Shown piece after piece: positions 16,794 through 26,792 of a DNA stretch of 35,052 bases. Each line of letters starts with the position of its first letter. The stretch's first letter is position 1. Both the position numbers and the translations under genes were made by a program. The notes beneath the pieces were generated by a model, which had not been told where the DNA came from, ran no database searches, and saw only the letters and a program-made list of their open reading frames with translations. This stretch comes from a virus. Its lineage: Duplodnaviria; Caudoviricetes. The DNA is taken from positions 1 through 35,052 of the IMG/VR virus record IMGVR_UViG_3300047283_000060; one strand, given 5' to 3'.

Positions 16794-17491
16794 TAGGCTG
16801 CTCCTACCCATTCATATAATTCAAATGCATCACTAAATTCTAAGTAAGCATTGTTGATAAGTGTTGACCCACTCATTGCTTGTCCACCTGGTTTCAATAC
16901 ATACGTTGGCATATTAGGACAGAACATATTGAACTGACAGCTATTACCAACGATGATACCTTCGCCTGTTAATGATCCAGTCAATATATTAGGTCTATTT
17001 GTTGTAACTACAACAGTAGAACCACTACCACGTAGCACTTGCGTTGTGCTTGTAAACGGATATGGATATTCGTTTAATGAACCAATCTGTATTAAATCGT
17101 TCGGCTTGAACAATATTGCAGTGCTTGCCGCTGTAATACCACTAACGTTTAATGTTAGTTGATTGCCAACAAAACTTGTTACAGTAATTGTGTTTAATTG
17201 TGCAGTACTCATTACACCTTGATATCTAAAGATCCAATTTAATGCAGGTAGATTACTGAACGTTATAACTTCAGGTGTAATTCTATCTAATGTGTCTAGT
17301 GCTTCCATCAAGTCACGTGCTTGATAATACTTAAAACGACTAGGCACTTCTAATGTCATACGCCAGGGATTTAATGTAGGTGTAGCACTAACACGTGGTA
17401 TTTCGTTACGTGTATATTGTATACCAACCATCTTTCTACGATTAATTTCTAAACTATTACTGAAATTTAATATTGTTTGCAAACCTGCCAT
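16793..17491 (-). CDS. distal tail protein-like
   Basis: Immediately downstream of tape measure; beta-rich. Confidence 0.6.
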   Translation of the reverse strand: MAGLQTILNFSNSLEINRRKMVGIQYTRNEIPRVSATPTLNPWRMTLEVPSRFKYYQARDLMEALDTLDRITPEVITFSNLPALNWIFRYQGVMSTAQLNTITVTSFVGNQLTLNVSGITAASTAILFKPNDLIQIGSLNEYPYPFTSTTQVLRGSGSTVVVTTNRPNILTGSLTGEGIIVGNSCQFNMFCPNMPTYVLKPGGQAMSGSTLINNAYLEFSDAFELYEWVGAA

Positions 17492-17499
17492 ATATTTCC

Positions 17500-20094
17500 T
17501 TATCTGTTACCATATGGTAATTCTTTTTGTGCTAATTGTGTAGCACCTAATAAACTTCTGCGATTGTCAGCAAATAGTTTAGCGACACTCTGTCCATCTA
17601 CTGCTGATATGTTATTGTTTGTTATATAGTTATTTACTGTGCTTCCCATACCACCACCATTAGGTACGATTGTACCACTTGATTTAGGTACGAACAACTC
17701 AGGTCCATTCTCACCTACAATGCTTGCTTTACCTACTGGAGGTTGACCACCATCTGCAAAGAAGCCACCAAAGAAACTTCCAATCGTACTCAATATACCA
17801 CCAGCACCACCAGCACCTTTAAATGCTTGCATTGCCATTGTTGCTTGCGCTCTTAACTCAATCTTTAATAAATCTTTGATAACACTTGTAGCAAAATCAC
17901 CAAAGCTAAATTTACCTTCGTCAACAAACTTATCAATAGCACTATTCATACCTTGAGTAACTGCATTAAACTGTTCACCAGCAATCTTGTATGCATTGGT
18001 TGCATTATCTAAGTAACTATCAAATGCATCTTGCCATCCTGTCGCCCAATCACGGCTTTGCGTTGCGTCTGCTAATTTAGATTCACGTAGTGCCTCGCTC
18101 TGAGCATACATTTTTGCTAATTCACTATTCATCTGCTCTATGTTTCTAAAGCCATCTTCTGTTTCAAACACAGACATAATCTTACCTGCGGCTTGCGCTT
18201 GGAATTCATCAACTGCTTTGTTAACATCGTTTAACATCTGTTGTACAGGTGATTGACCACGTTGCATATTCTTGTAATCAATGTCTTTCATCTGTTTTGC
18301 AATGTCGCCGTGAATGCCGCTAGTAGCTTCTGCGGCTTGTTTCTGTAATTCCATTGCGCTTGTGATACGTTCTATAACGTTTAATCTGTCTTTTTCTTTT
18401 AATGTTGCTGTTTCAGTAGCATCAATTAAAATACCCATTGCACTCATTTGATTCTGATACTCTGTAGCTAATTTTGCAACTGTTCCGCCAATAACTGATG
18501 AGAATGCCTCAAATGCTGCCTTTTCTTCATCAGTGCCACTAACTGCGGCTGCTTGCATATCAACATACTTTGTTTTTAGTGCATTGACTTGACTTAGATA
18601 ACCTGTTTCTAACTCATACATCTTAGCTTTACGGTTGGCTTCAGTCTCATCCATACCTATCAATGTATTCTGAAAGCCTAACTGTCTTTGTAGTTCTGCA
18701 CTTTGTTCAGCATAAGCTCTAACAGCTTTATCAGCCTCTAAACCTTGACCACGTTGAGCATCAACTATTTTCTTAGTCATTTCTGCTGTTTTATATTTCT
18801 GTTGTAGTAGTTTATTTTCTCTATCTACTTCAGATTGGTCTAAAAACTGTGGCCCTTTACGAGCATCTTCCATTAACTTAGCGTACCATTTTAATCCAGG
18901 TATAAAGCCTATTACTTTTTCCATACCAATTGCAATGGCAGTAAAGAAGCTTTCGATATAATTAGTTTTTAAAAATCTCTTTTCAAGTAAGTCAAACACT
19001 TCTACGACTGAATATATAATTAATGCAACGTTTGCGAATCTACCGAACATTCTAAGTAGATTAAAAACCACTGCCATTATATTGCTAATAATTCCACTAA
19101 GCTTGCCACCTGCCATACCAAATAAGCCTAGTGCGGCTGCGGCCTCTATTCCTATTAAGCCAATATTTTTTACTAGTAAAGCCGCTTGACCGCCTATTTG
19201 ATGAAACTGATTGCCAAATTCTTTGAGCAGTCCTACAGATTTAGCTAGACCAGGAGTTAACTTCTTTGCAAATACTGCGTCTCCGATCGCTTGAAGAACA
19301 GAAAAGCCTTTAGTAAATATTACAACTGCTGTTGTAACTGCCGCAAGAATTTTAATCAGTGAAGTAAATTCTTGTACAGTTACGTTAATACTAGCTACTA
19401 CTTTTGCTATAGGCTCTAATACATTTAATAGTGCTGATTGAAAATTATTAAAGTTAGCCGCCAAAGCCTTTTGTGCGTCAGCCGCCGCATTGATAGCAGA
19501 TATGTTTGCGCCGCCACCACCGCCTGCGCCCATCTGACCTGCAACTTGTCTTACGTCAATGTCTTTGAAGTTCTTGCCTAGCATCTTAACTGCTAACGCA
19601 TTGCGAGTAGCGGCATCTTCAATCTGTGCTAGACCTTGAATTGTTTTCTTAAAAACATCTTCATTGCTTAATGTAGCTAAGTCTTGTAATGTAACGCCTA
19701 CCTTAGCTAATTCAACTTGTGCTCCTGCAGAACCATCTTTAGCTTCTTTTAATCCTGCAACAAAATCAATAACATCGCCAACAGCTTTATTGGCATCGCC
19801 ACCAGCAGTACCTACAGCATTTGAAAATGCGTTAATTGAACTAATAGCAATGCCAGTAGCATTGCTTGCCTGTTGCATACCACGTGCAAAGTCTAACGTA
19901 CTGTTAACTAGATTAGCAAATGCTATACCTGCAACTGCTTGTTTTAATTTGCCAAAAGTATCTGTGATTGTTTTAGTTTGCTTATCTAATGTTTTAAAAC
20001 CAGTGTTAATCTTATTAACTTCAGTTTCAATTTTCTTAAGCGAGGTGACGGCACCACTAGAGTTTACTGTGACTGTATAACTTAAATCTGCCAT
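17500..20094 (-). CDS. tape measure protein (864 aa)
   Basis: Ala/Gly-rich helical; lambda-family C-terminus GWQDAFDSY...FADGG...VGENGPELFVP. Confidence 0.92.
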   Translation of the reverse strand: MADLSYTVTVNSSGAVTSLKKIETEVNKINTGFKTLDKQTKTITDTFGKLKQAVAGIAFANLVNSTLDFARGMQQASNATGIAISSINAFSNAVGTAGGDANKAVGDVIDFVAGLKEAKDGSAGAQVELAKVGVTLQDLATLSNEDVFKKTIQGLAQIEDAATRNALAVKMLGKNFKDIDVRQVAGQMGAGGGGGANISAINAAADAQKALAANFNNFQSALLNVLEPIAKVVASINVTVQEFTSLIKILAAVTTAVVIFTKGFSVLQAIGDAVFAKKLTPGLAKSVGLLKEFGNQFHQIGGQAALLVKNIGLIGIEAAAALGLFGMAGGKLSGIISNIMAVVFNLLRMFGRFANVALIIYSVVEVFDLLEKRFLKTNYIESFFTAIAIGMEKVIGFIPGLKWYAKLMEDARKGPQFLDQSEVDRENKLLQQKYKTAEMTKKIVDAQRGQGLEADKAVRAYAEQSAELQRQLGFQNTLIGMDETEANRKAKMYELETGYLSQVNALKTKYVDMQAAAVSGTDEEKAAFEAFSSVIGGTVAKLATEYQNQMSAMGILIDATETATLKEKDRLNVIERITSAMELQKQAAEATSGIHGDIAKQMKDIDYKNMQRGQSPVQQMLNDVNKAVDEFQAQAAGKIMSVFETEDGFRNIEQMNSELAKMYAQSEALRESKLADATQSRDWATGWQDAFDSYLDNATNAYKIAGEQFNAVTQGMNSAIDKFVDEGKFSFGDFATSVIKDLLKIELRAQATMAMQAFKGAGGAGGILSTIGSFFGGFFADGGQPPVGKASIVGENGPELFVPKSSGTIVPNGGGMGSTVNNYITNNNISAVDGQSVAKLFADNRRSLLGATQLAQKELPYGNR

Positions 20095-20095
20095 C

Positions 20096-20380
20096 TTACT
20101 TTCCTTTTATTATCTGCGTCATACGCTTTTTTATAAATTCTTCTGTTGGCTTAGTCATACCATCAGGTGCTTGTCTACTAAAACCTTCGTCAAGTTTCTG
20201 TGCATAATTATAACCTGCAACAATTTTGTTACCACTTAATCTTGTCTTACGTCTTGCGTTGCCACTGCGAATAGGTGTATCTTTTACGAACTCTTTATAA
20301 GCTTCACGTGGAAGCTTATCAATCTGTAGCAATATATTGTCTATGCTTTTAGTAATCTTGTCTTTTATCTTTACAGACAT
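20096..20380 (-). CDS. tail completion/neck protein (HK97 gp10-like)
   Basis: TPIRSGNARR...YAQKLDEGFSRQAPDGM motif. Confidence 0.7.
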   Translation of the reverse strand: MSVKIKDKITKSIDNILLQIDKLPREAYKEFVKDTPIRSGNARRKTRLSGNKIVAGYNYAQKLDEGFSRQAPDGMTKPTEEFIKKRMTQIIKGK

Positions 20381-20382
20381 TA

Positions 20383-20930
20383 TTATTCCTTATTCTTATT
20401 CAGTAGCGTCAATAATTCATCTTGCGTAAAATCAGGGATTGGGTCTCTGCCATTGTTCATCTGTTTCTTGTGATGATAGTTTTCAAATGTCATTGCCGCA
20501 TCCATAATATACAAATCGAATGTGTTACTTCTACCTAAGACTTCACTAGGTAGCATTCCATAACGCTTACCTAATCCGTCTATAGTCAGTATCAACGCCA
20601 TCTTTTCAGATTTAGGATCAATACTGTCTTGCGTTACTTTCCCAATATTTCAGTCACCTTACTAATTGCTTTCATCAATATATGAGTAGGTAACATCTCA
20701 TCGTCTTTGAGAATTTCTTTACCTCTTTCATCTAATATTAATGTGCGAACGATGCCGATAATATTACCTGTATCATTACCTGTTGCGTTTGCAAGCTTCA
20801 TAAACACATCCATAGGTTGACGATCCCAAGTCCAGAATTCGATTGCTTCACCGAACTCTTTGATGGTATCTTCATCATCGATATGAATGTCTATTAGTTG
20901 GGGTTTTGCTGTAAGCTGTGAGAGTTTCAT
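20383..20930 (-). CDS. tail assembly chaperone GT fusion via -1 frameshift (~182 aa)
   Basis: G GGA AAG slippery site 20643-20637; the -1 frame reads VTQDSIDPKSEK straight into ORF 20383..20601. Confidence 0.85.
20634..20930 (-). CDS. tail assembly chaperone (gpG-like)
   Basis: Between major tail and tape measure genes; ends in GK* at the slippery site. Confidence 0.8.
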   Translation of the reverse strand: MKLSQLTAKPQLIDIHIDDEDTIKEFGEAIEFWTWDRQPMDVFMKLANATGNDTGNIIGIVRTLILDERGKEILKDDEMLPTHILMKAISKVTEILGK

Positions 20931-20957
20931 TTGTTATATCCTTTTAAATTATTGTAA

Positions 20958-20966
20958 TGTATTTAT
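20958..20966 (-). promoter_or_regulatory. late-promoter-like motif ATAAATACA
   Basis: Overlaps the upstream stop, ~30 nt before the chaperone ATG, downstream of a terminator. Confidence 0.65.
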
Positions 20967-21145
20967 TCGTTATCTGTTAGTTCTTCTAATAGTTGATTTA
21001 GAAGTGCTAAACGAAATGCTTGTTTTGCTTTTAGTTGTTTGACTGTTGCCATCATATTGTCTAACATAGGCATCATCTTTGCTTCATCTGCAATAAGACT
21101 ACGCAACTTTTCTTCATTTGTTTTATACCATACTTGTTCTGTCAT
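20963..21145 (-). CDS. hypothetical helical protein (60 aa)
   Basis: AAGGA SD; fills the gap between terminator and chaperone gene. Confidence 0.65.
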   Translation of the reverse strand: MTEQVWYKTNEEKLRSLIADEAKMMPMLDNMMATVKQLKAKQAFRLALLNQLLEELTDNE

Positions 21146-21158
21146 TTGTTTTCCTTAT

Positions 21159-21187
21159 AAAAAAGGGGATACCTTTTGAGTATCCCC
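21159..21187 (-). terminator. rho-independent terminator after major tail gene
   Basis: GGGGATAC/GTATCCCC 8-bp stem plus U6 on the minus strand. Confidence 0.85.
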
Positions 21188-21209
21188 AGTCTTCCCATCT
21201 ATATTAAGA

Positions 21210-21710
21210 TTAAGGGTTCTGGTTTGAAACCATAGAACCATTGACAGCTAATGTCATTGGTGTCACCCATACAGGTGCATCAGGACTTGCTGTTGGTGCT
21301 AATGAAGAAATAAATCCTTGACCAGCGTAGTAGTAAGCGTTAGCAGTAGCATTACCGCCATTGATTACCATTTTGAATTGCAAAGGTATCTTGTTGATAC
21401 TCAAATCACTGATGCCATAGAAGGCAGCACTGTTTGCAGTAGCTCCACTGTTACCAAAGAAAACTTCACCGTCAATAACCATATTCACAGAAATCTCATT
21501 GTCCGCCGGTGTTGTTAACTTATACATATCTGTAGAACAGAAGTCGATGTATGAGTATACTCCAGTAGAGTTTGTGATTGTTACGTCCTGTAAACAAGTA
21601 ACTGCTAATGTGTTTGCAATGTTGCCCCAGTTAGCACTGTTGCTAATGAGGTCTGTACTTACCAATAGTGTTGGTTGAGTACCTGATGTGTTAACTGTAA
21701 TTCTTGCCAT
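21210..21710 (-). CDS. major tail (tube) protein
   Basis: LQDVTITNSTG...ISVNMVID...GFISSLAPT...MTLAVNG; strong AAGGAG SD; synteny. Confidence 0.8.
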   Translation of the reverse strand: MARITVNTSGTQPTLLVSTDLISNSANWGNIANTLAVTCLQDVTITNSTGVYSYIDFCSTDMYKLTTPADNEISVNMVIDGEVFFGNSGATANSAAFYGISDLSINKIPLQFKMVINGGNATANAYYYAGQGFISSLAPTASPDAPVWVTPMTLAVNGSMVSNQNP

Positions 21711-21733
21711 TTTAGTCTCCTTGTATGTTGGCG

Positions 21734-22186
21734 TTATGTATTAAATTCCATTCGTAGCATTCTGAATGTCCAGGTATGCTTTTCTGCTTGTGTTGGTCCA
21801 TACGTTCGAACCTGTTCAAAATCTCTTTCAAAGTATCCATCCATTAATTGAACGCCGTCATCTTTGACAGCAGTAACTAAGTTTGCAATGATACTGTTAA
21901 CAGCAACATTGTATGGATCGTCTTGATAAGAAATATATGTTATATTAAATTCATCGTATGCGTGATATATTGAACCACAATATTGTATTCCAAGTTGATG
22001 AGGATTTCTACTGACCATATGAACGTCACTTATGTAGATACCATATCTTACAACTTCACTATCACTAGGGAAGTCTTCAAAGATTGGTATGTTCCACAGT
22101 GTAGGTATGTCTCGTCTAACAACTGCAAATATTTCACTCTGCGTAACTGTTGGACTGTTCAATACACTATAAGTGACTTCAGCCAT
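21734..22186 (-). CDS. tail terminator / neck protein
   Basis: Size and position between adaptor and major tail gene. Confidence 0.55.
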   Translation of the reverse strand: MAEVTYSVLNSPTVTQSEIFAVVRRDIPTLWNIPIFEDFPSDSEVVRYGIYISDVHMVSRNPHQLGIQYCGSIYHAYDEFNITYISYQDDPYNVAVNSIIANLVTAVKDDGVQLMDGYFERDFEQVRTYGPTQAEKHTWTFRMLRMEFNT

Positions 22187-22713
22187 TAGAAATATCTCCT
22201 ATCACCATTGAAGTAATCAACATCTGCTGTCCAATTTTCTTCAAGTTTTGTCGTTGGGCCTTGTGGACTATCCATATATAAATCATAGAAGTTCATCAAC
22301 TGCAACGCTTTTGTCCATTCATCTTCACATCGCTTTTTAGCAAAGTTGTAATTCTGAACATCAACCTCATTCATATTAGACACATCGGTTACTAGACTTT
22401 CATAGAAAACTAGTATTGCACCGAATGTGTCTAAGCGAATTAATGTTTGGTCACTCTTAATGAGTAGACTTGGATTGAAACTTGATATCAATTGACCGTC
22501 CGGCAAATTAGCATAATAGTAAGCACCTAACACTGTGTCGCAGTATTTCTGCCACCATCCGAACTCTAACTTATAAAGCCACTCTTGTGAACCGACCTTA
22601 AAGTATGGAGCCCAATCAACACTAAGAGCAGCCGCTCTGCGTTCCGCTGCCGGATCGTAGAACTGAATGTCCTCTACTGTTGCATTTGATATACGTTGAT
22701 ATGGTACTGACAT
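22186..22713 (-). CDS. head-tail adaptor
   Basis: Helical protein directly downstream of the capsid gene. Confidence 0.55.
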   Translation of the reverse strand: MSVPYQRISNATVEDIQFYDPAAERRAAALSVDWAPYFKVGSQEWLYKLEFGWWQKYCDTVLGAYYYANLPDGQLISSFNPSLLIKSDQTLIRLDTFGAILVFYESLVTDVSNMNEVDVQNYNFAKKRCEDEWTKALQLMNFYDLYMDSPQGPTTKLEENWTADVDYFNGDRRYF

Positions 22714-22741
22714 ATTATATTATTCCTAGACTTAATTCAAA

Positions 22742-23788
22742 TTAGTTTTGAAGGATGTTAATAGCTCCGCCTCTACGCAAGTCACCAACGCCAGAACCGA
22801 AGTATCCAACACCAGTTAACCAAATCTGCAAGCCACCTGGGATTTCACCAGTTTTAAGTTGCAAGCCTTCTTTCATTACTGTAAAGATTGCGCTATCGCC
22901 CATATAAGCACCAACTAGTACTGGCAATGAAGCTTGACCTACAACAGTACGTGTAGCACTTTGCAAGAATGTTGTAAACATAATCATACAACCGTATACT
23001 GATTCGATACGACCTGTTGTTAGTAACTCATTACCAAGAGCAGATAGGTTAGAACCACCACTTTGTGATACTGCACCACCAGTTAGTTCAGCTAACAAAC
23101 GATTCAAACTAGAACCAACTTGTCCACCAGTGTAACCTGCTTGTGTCTGTGCATCGCCATTAGAATCTAAAACGATAACTGGTGTGCCAGGCATACGAGC
23201 TACTTTAAAGTTCTGCTTGATTAAACGAACACTATCTAAAATAGTATTTGATGTGAAACCATCAGTCCAAGTACCACTAGTGTTAGTAGCACCGATAATT
23301 TCCATAGCACCTAATTGCAAGACACGATCAAATCCGTCTGCACTTGTTGCGTAGTATGTATTACCAGGAGTTGCTTTGAATGATAAGAACGCCGCTGTTA
23401 CACGTTGGTCAACCTTCTCTGCAAAACTCTCGCCAAGTTCAGCACCTAATGTAGCTGCCAATGTGAAGGACGTGGTCCAACCATAAAAAATATCAAAGGC
23501 GGTTTGTGCAACTGCTGGAGTTGCTGTAATTGTACCTTGACCCAATGCAGGATTCTGTACAACTGCGTTACCTGCACCATATGTACCACCAGTACCATTA
23601 GGATTATAATCCTGATACGTGATAGGAGCAAAGTTAGGAACTAAGAATGTTTGACCCTGTGTAGGAGCAACAACATTAGTAAAGTTAACTAAACCGTTTG
23701 ATTCGTGCATAGCACGTAGAGCGAAATTTGAAATAGCCGTAGTGAAACCATCACCTTCGTTATTTGCACCACCGAGAACATAAGCCAT
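22742..23788 (-). CDS. major capsid protein (HK97 fold)
   Basis: 348 aa after scaffold; LGAELGESFAEKVDQRV spine helix; GRIESVYGCMI motif. Confidence 0.85.
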   Translation of the reverse strand: MAYVLGGANNEGDGFTTAISNFALRAMHESNGLVNFTNVVAPTQGQTFLVPNFAPITYQDYNPNGTGGTYGAGNAVVQNPALGQGTITATPAVAQTAFDIFYGWTTSFTLAATLGAELGESFAEKVDQRVTAAFLSFKATPGNTYYATSADGFDRVLQLGAMEIIGATNTSGTWTDGFTSNTILDSVRLIKQNFKVARMPGTPVIVLDSNGDAQTQAGYTGGQVGSSLNRLLAELTGGAVSQSGGSNLSALGNELLTTGRIESVYGCMIMFTTFLQSATRTVVGQASLPVLVGAYMGDSAIFTVMKEGLQLKTGEIPGGLQIWLTGVGYFGSGVGDLRRGGAINILQN

Positions 23789-23818
23789 AATATTTTCCTT
23801 AAATTAAATTTGTTGGCA

Positions 23819-24595
23819 TCAGAGTATTTTGCGACTTGAACTAGATACACTTGCTGATACGCCTAGACCTTTTAAGCCTACGCCTTTACCTAAACCATTC
23901 TTGTTAGCCCACGCATTGAATGCGGCCGGGTCACGTGAATAGTCTGGTATGGTTTCTTCTAACGCACCAGTAAAACTACTTTGTCCAGGTCTTAAACCGG
24001 ATCCAGAATTGGAATTACTCTGTCTTAATAACTTAGGATTACCCTGAGCTACTTCTTGTACCAATCCCTGGATTGTAAGTGGCATACCATCACTACCATA
24101 ACGTTCTTGACCTTTTTGATTGACGATAGCATAAGTGCCATCATCGTTCCATTGAATATTGTTTTTAACTTTATTCAATGCATAATCAATCAAATCTGTG
24201 TCGAACTTGTCACCCATTGCTCGCTGAATATCGCTATCAAGTTCCTTCTCACGCAATGCTTGCTCTTTACGTGCAAGATTTTGTGATAGTTCATTGAAAC
24301 GTTCGTGCAAGTCGTTAGTTGTTACTCGTCCTGAACTTTGCTGTACTTTTGGTTGCTCCACTGGCTGTGCGTTGCCAACGAGTTGTTGAGCAGATGTTCT
24401 AGCAACATAAGCAAGAGCATCTTCTACACTAGTAAAGTTCGTGCCACTAGCATTGCTAAGTGCAGTCAATAAACTTTGTGTAGTACTCTTACGAATAGCA
24501 CCAGGATTTACCTGTTCTTCGCCACCTTCTTGCCCTGGGGCTGACTGGTTTGCATTAGTCTGGCTGTCGTTGCCAACGAAAGATTTTTGATCCAT
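23819..24595 (-). CDS. capsid scaffolding protein
   Basis: Low-complexity N-terminus, coiled coil, NPKLL...GSG C-terminal motif; between portal and capsid. Confidence 0.75.
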   Translation of the reverse strand: MDQKSFVGNDSQTNANQSAPGQEGGEEQVNPGAIRKSTTQSLLTALSNASGTNFTSVEDALAYVARTSAQQLVGNAQPVEQPKVQQSSGRVTTNDLHERFNELSQNLARKEQALREKELDSDIQRAMGDKFDTDLIDYALNKVKNNIQWNDDGTYAIVNQKGQERYGSDGMPLTIQGLVQEVAQGNPKLLRQSNSNSGSGLRPGQSSFTGALEETIPDYSRDPAAFNAWANKNGLGKGVGLKGLGVSASVSSSSRKIL

Positions 24596-24635
24596 TTAAT
24601 TTTTTCCTGATTTTACGTTATCACCGAGTTTGTAT

Positions 24636-24644
24636 TGTATTTAT
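24636..24644 (-). promoter_or_regulatory. late-promoter-like motif ATAAATACA
   Basis: Intergenic, ~40 nt before the scaffold ATG. Confidence 0.65.
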
Positions 24645-24666
24645 TACAATTAGTCTATAGGTAGTA

Positions 24667-26286
24667 TTATCTACCTGCAGTACCACCTAGCAATAATGCA
24701 GGTGCTACTTGATTTGTGTAGTATGTTACGCCTACGTCTGTTACTGGAGTACCGGCGCCACCTAGTATACTTGTGTTATCTGATTCGCCATTTTCGTTAT
24801 CGTATTCAGCTTCTTCTTTACCATCTTCTTCACCATAGTTTTCGTGTTCCGGTATCATACTAGCTTCTAAATCTCTGCTCAATACTTCATCGTTTTCTTG
24901 TGTCATCAAAGCTTTCAAGCCACTATCAGGAATAGTGTTGATGTAAACGTTTTCATATTCTGGTATTGCTTCTGCAGGACTTAGCATTGCAATAATCTCT
25001 TTTGTGATTAGTGCTTTAACGATCTCATTCTCACCAACCATTTCGTTAGCAGATTTAATCAATGCCATACGATAGTTTGTATCGTGCGCTTCATAGTCAG
25101 TATTGTAATGTACTTCACCTGCCCAACGCTGATCCATAAATCGTGCGGCATAAGTGTAAATCATTTCTTCTGTAACTTCCATCAACCTAGCTTTACTCTT
25201 AGCTAATCTGTGTAGTTGTTTGCGTTCTTCAATGATAGCAACGCCACTAGCGATTTGGTTCTTACTTGTGCGTAAGCCACCTAATCCTGTCAATGCTTCT
25301 ATCTGTTCTAATAAATTATCTTGTGTGCGAATGATTGCGTCTACGTCACCAGTGTCAATTGGTATAGCTTCAATCTGTCCTTCATTAGCACGAACAATAG
25401 CACCAGCGTGTACTGGTACGCTAATGCCTTTATCTGCACGAATGATGGTGTGTGCGAATTGTAATGCTGTATACTTTTCGCATTCTAGTTTATAGTATTC
25501 TTTTTGTGCGTCTGTTGCGCTATCGATATCGCTTACGCCACACTCCATTGTTCTAGGATCTCTACGACCATATGCAATGAATACCGGTACGCTCATACCA
25601 GGTGGGAACTGACCTTCGCCAATCTTTTTAGCTGGTAGATTTTCTTTACCAGGACCCTTTTCTACTTCATAGCTTTCCCAATAGCTTGGAGTTGTTGCAT
25701 CGCCCAAATGATAGCATTTGATATAGTAACAATCTGTTTCTTCCATCTCTTTGATTTTAACATATTTGAGCAGTGGTCGACCACCGTAGTAGTCGAACTC
25801 CCAGTCCCATACATCCAATGGGCTAATGGCACACACATATGGTCTGCCAAGATTCCCTTCTGTTGCTTGGGGCATATCGACTGCGACCCAACAGTGCCCA
25901 AATATACTTGTTAAATCTCCTACACCTTCCATAAAGCCGTTCATACTACGATTAGTTAAATCAGCATCTAATTGAAATAGATCGATCCACTCATTATTCT
26001 CAGGAGCTATAGCTTTACCTTGTGGTGTACAGAATTGTAAATTGCGTTTGATGCCTGGCTCAAACAATACATCATTGATAGTGTCAACAATATAACGACA
26101 GATAGGTTGTGCTACTGTGTTAGCTACTAAGTCTAGATAGAGTGTGCTATCTTCGCTTGGCCTTTTCTTACGAACATACTGCTTAAAGCTGATGCCCCCA
26201 AGATATGCATATTGATAAGATAACATCTGCAAATAGATGTTATCGTACACTGGATTGCGTTTTAGTAAATCACTGTTATTGTACAT
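24667..26286 (-). CDS. portal protein
   Basis: 539 aa after terminase; YLGG, FGHCWVAVD and SGVA motifs; acidic C-terminal tail. Confidence 0.85.
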   Translation of the reverse strand: MYNNSDLLKRNPVYDNIYLQMLSYQYAYLGGISFKQYVRKKRPSEDSTLYLDLVANTVAQPICRYIVDTINDVLFEPGIKRNLQFCTPQGKAIAPENNEWIDLFQLDADLTNRSMNGFMEGVGDLTSIFGHCWVAVDMPQATEGNLGRPYVCAISPLDVWDWEFDYYGGRPLLKYVKIKEMEETDCYYIKCYHLGDATTPSYWESYEVEKGPGKENLPAKKIGEGQFPPGMSVPVFIAYGRRDPRTMECGVSDIDSATDAQKEYYKLECEKYTALQFAHTIIRADKGISVPVHAGAIVRANEGQIEAIPIDTGDVDAIIRTQDNLLEQIEALTGLGGLRTSKNQIASGVAIIEERKQLHRLAKSKARLMEVTEEMIYTYAARFMDQRWAGEVHYNTDYEAHDTNYRMALIKSANEMVGENEIVKALITKEIIAMLSPAEAIPEYENVYINTIPDSGLKALMTQENDEVLSRDLEASMIPEHENYGEEDGKEEAEYDNENGESDNTSILGGAGTPVTDVGVTYYTNQVAPALLLGGTAGR

Positions 26287-26339
26287 TGTTTTGTCTCTTT
26301 ATATTGCCTAAGGCGAAATCTGTTGATATAGGTGCATAA

Positions 26340-26348
26340 TGTATTTAT
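26340..26348 (-). promoter_or_regulatory. late-promoter-like motif ATAAATACA
   Basis: Intergenic, ~55 nt before the portal ATG. Confidence 0.65.
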
Positions 26349-26350
26349 GC

Positions 26351-26791
26351 TTACGGCTTTTGTTTGCACTTATCACCGTGAAATCTTGCATAGCTGTTAT
26401 TCGGTATTGATCGACTACAATGAACGCAAGTTGTGCGAGGTTGTTTCTTACCTGTCATTCCATATGATGCTCCACCCCAAGGGTTATGACGATTTTTTCG
26501 TATCATATCATCTGTATTTTGTTGATGTGTACCTAGGCTTAGATGTTTAGGATTGCAACAGATAGGGTTATCACAACTATGCAACACTAACATACCTTGA
26601 GGTATTTTACTATTGTGTTCTTCATAACTTACACGATGAGTAGTTCGCATCTTCTTGCCATCACGTATCATTCCATAACCAATATTGTTCTTACCGCCTT
26701 GAAACTCCCAACAGTCAGTCACTTGATTAACTACAACTTTACGTAATAGTCTGTCGATTAGTGGTCCACAATCTCCTGCGTGTCTGCCCAT
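26351..26791 (-). CDS. HNH homing-type endonuclease with C-terminal zinc-finger-like motif
   Basis: CWEF...THRVSY...VLHSCDNPICCNPKHL...N; C-terminal CVHC...HGDKC; start placed just after the terL stop. Confidence 0.88.
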   Translation of the reverse strand: MGRHAGDCGPLIDRLLRKVVVNQVTDCWEFQGGKNNIGYGMIRDGKKMRTTHRVSYEEHNSKIPQGMLVLHSCDNPICCNPKHLSLGTHQQNTDDMIRKNRHNPWGGASYGMTGKKQPRTTCVHCSRSIPNNSYARFHGDKCKQKP

Positions 26792-26792
26792 A

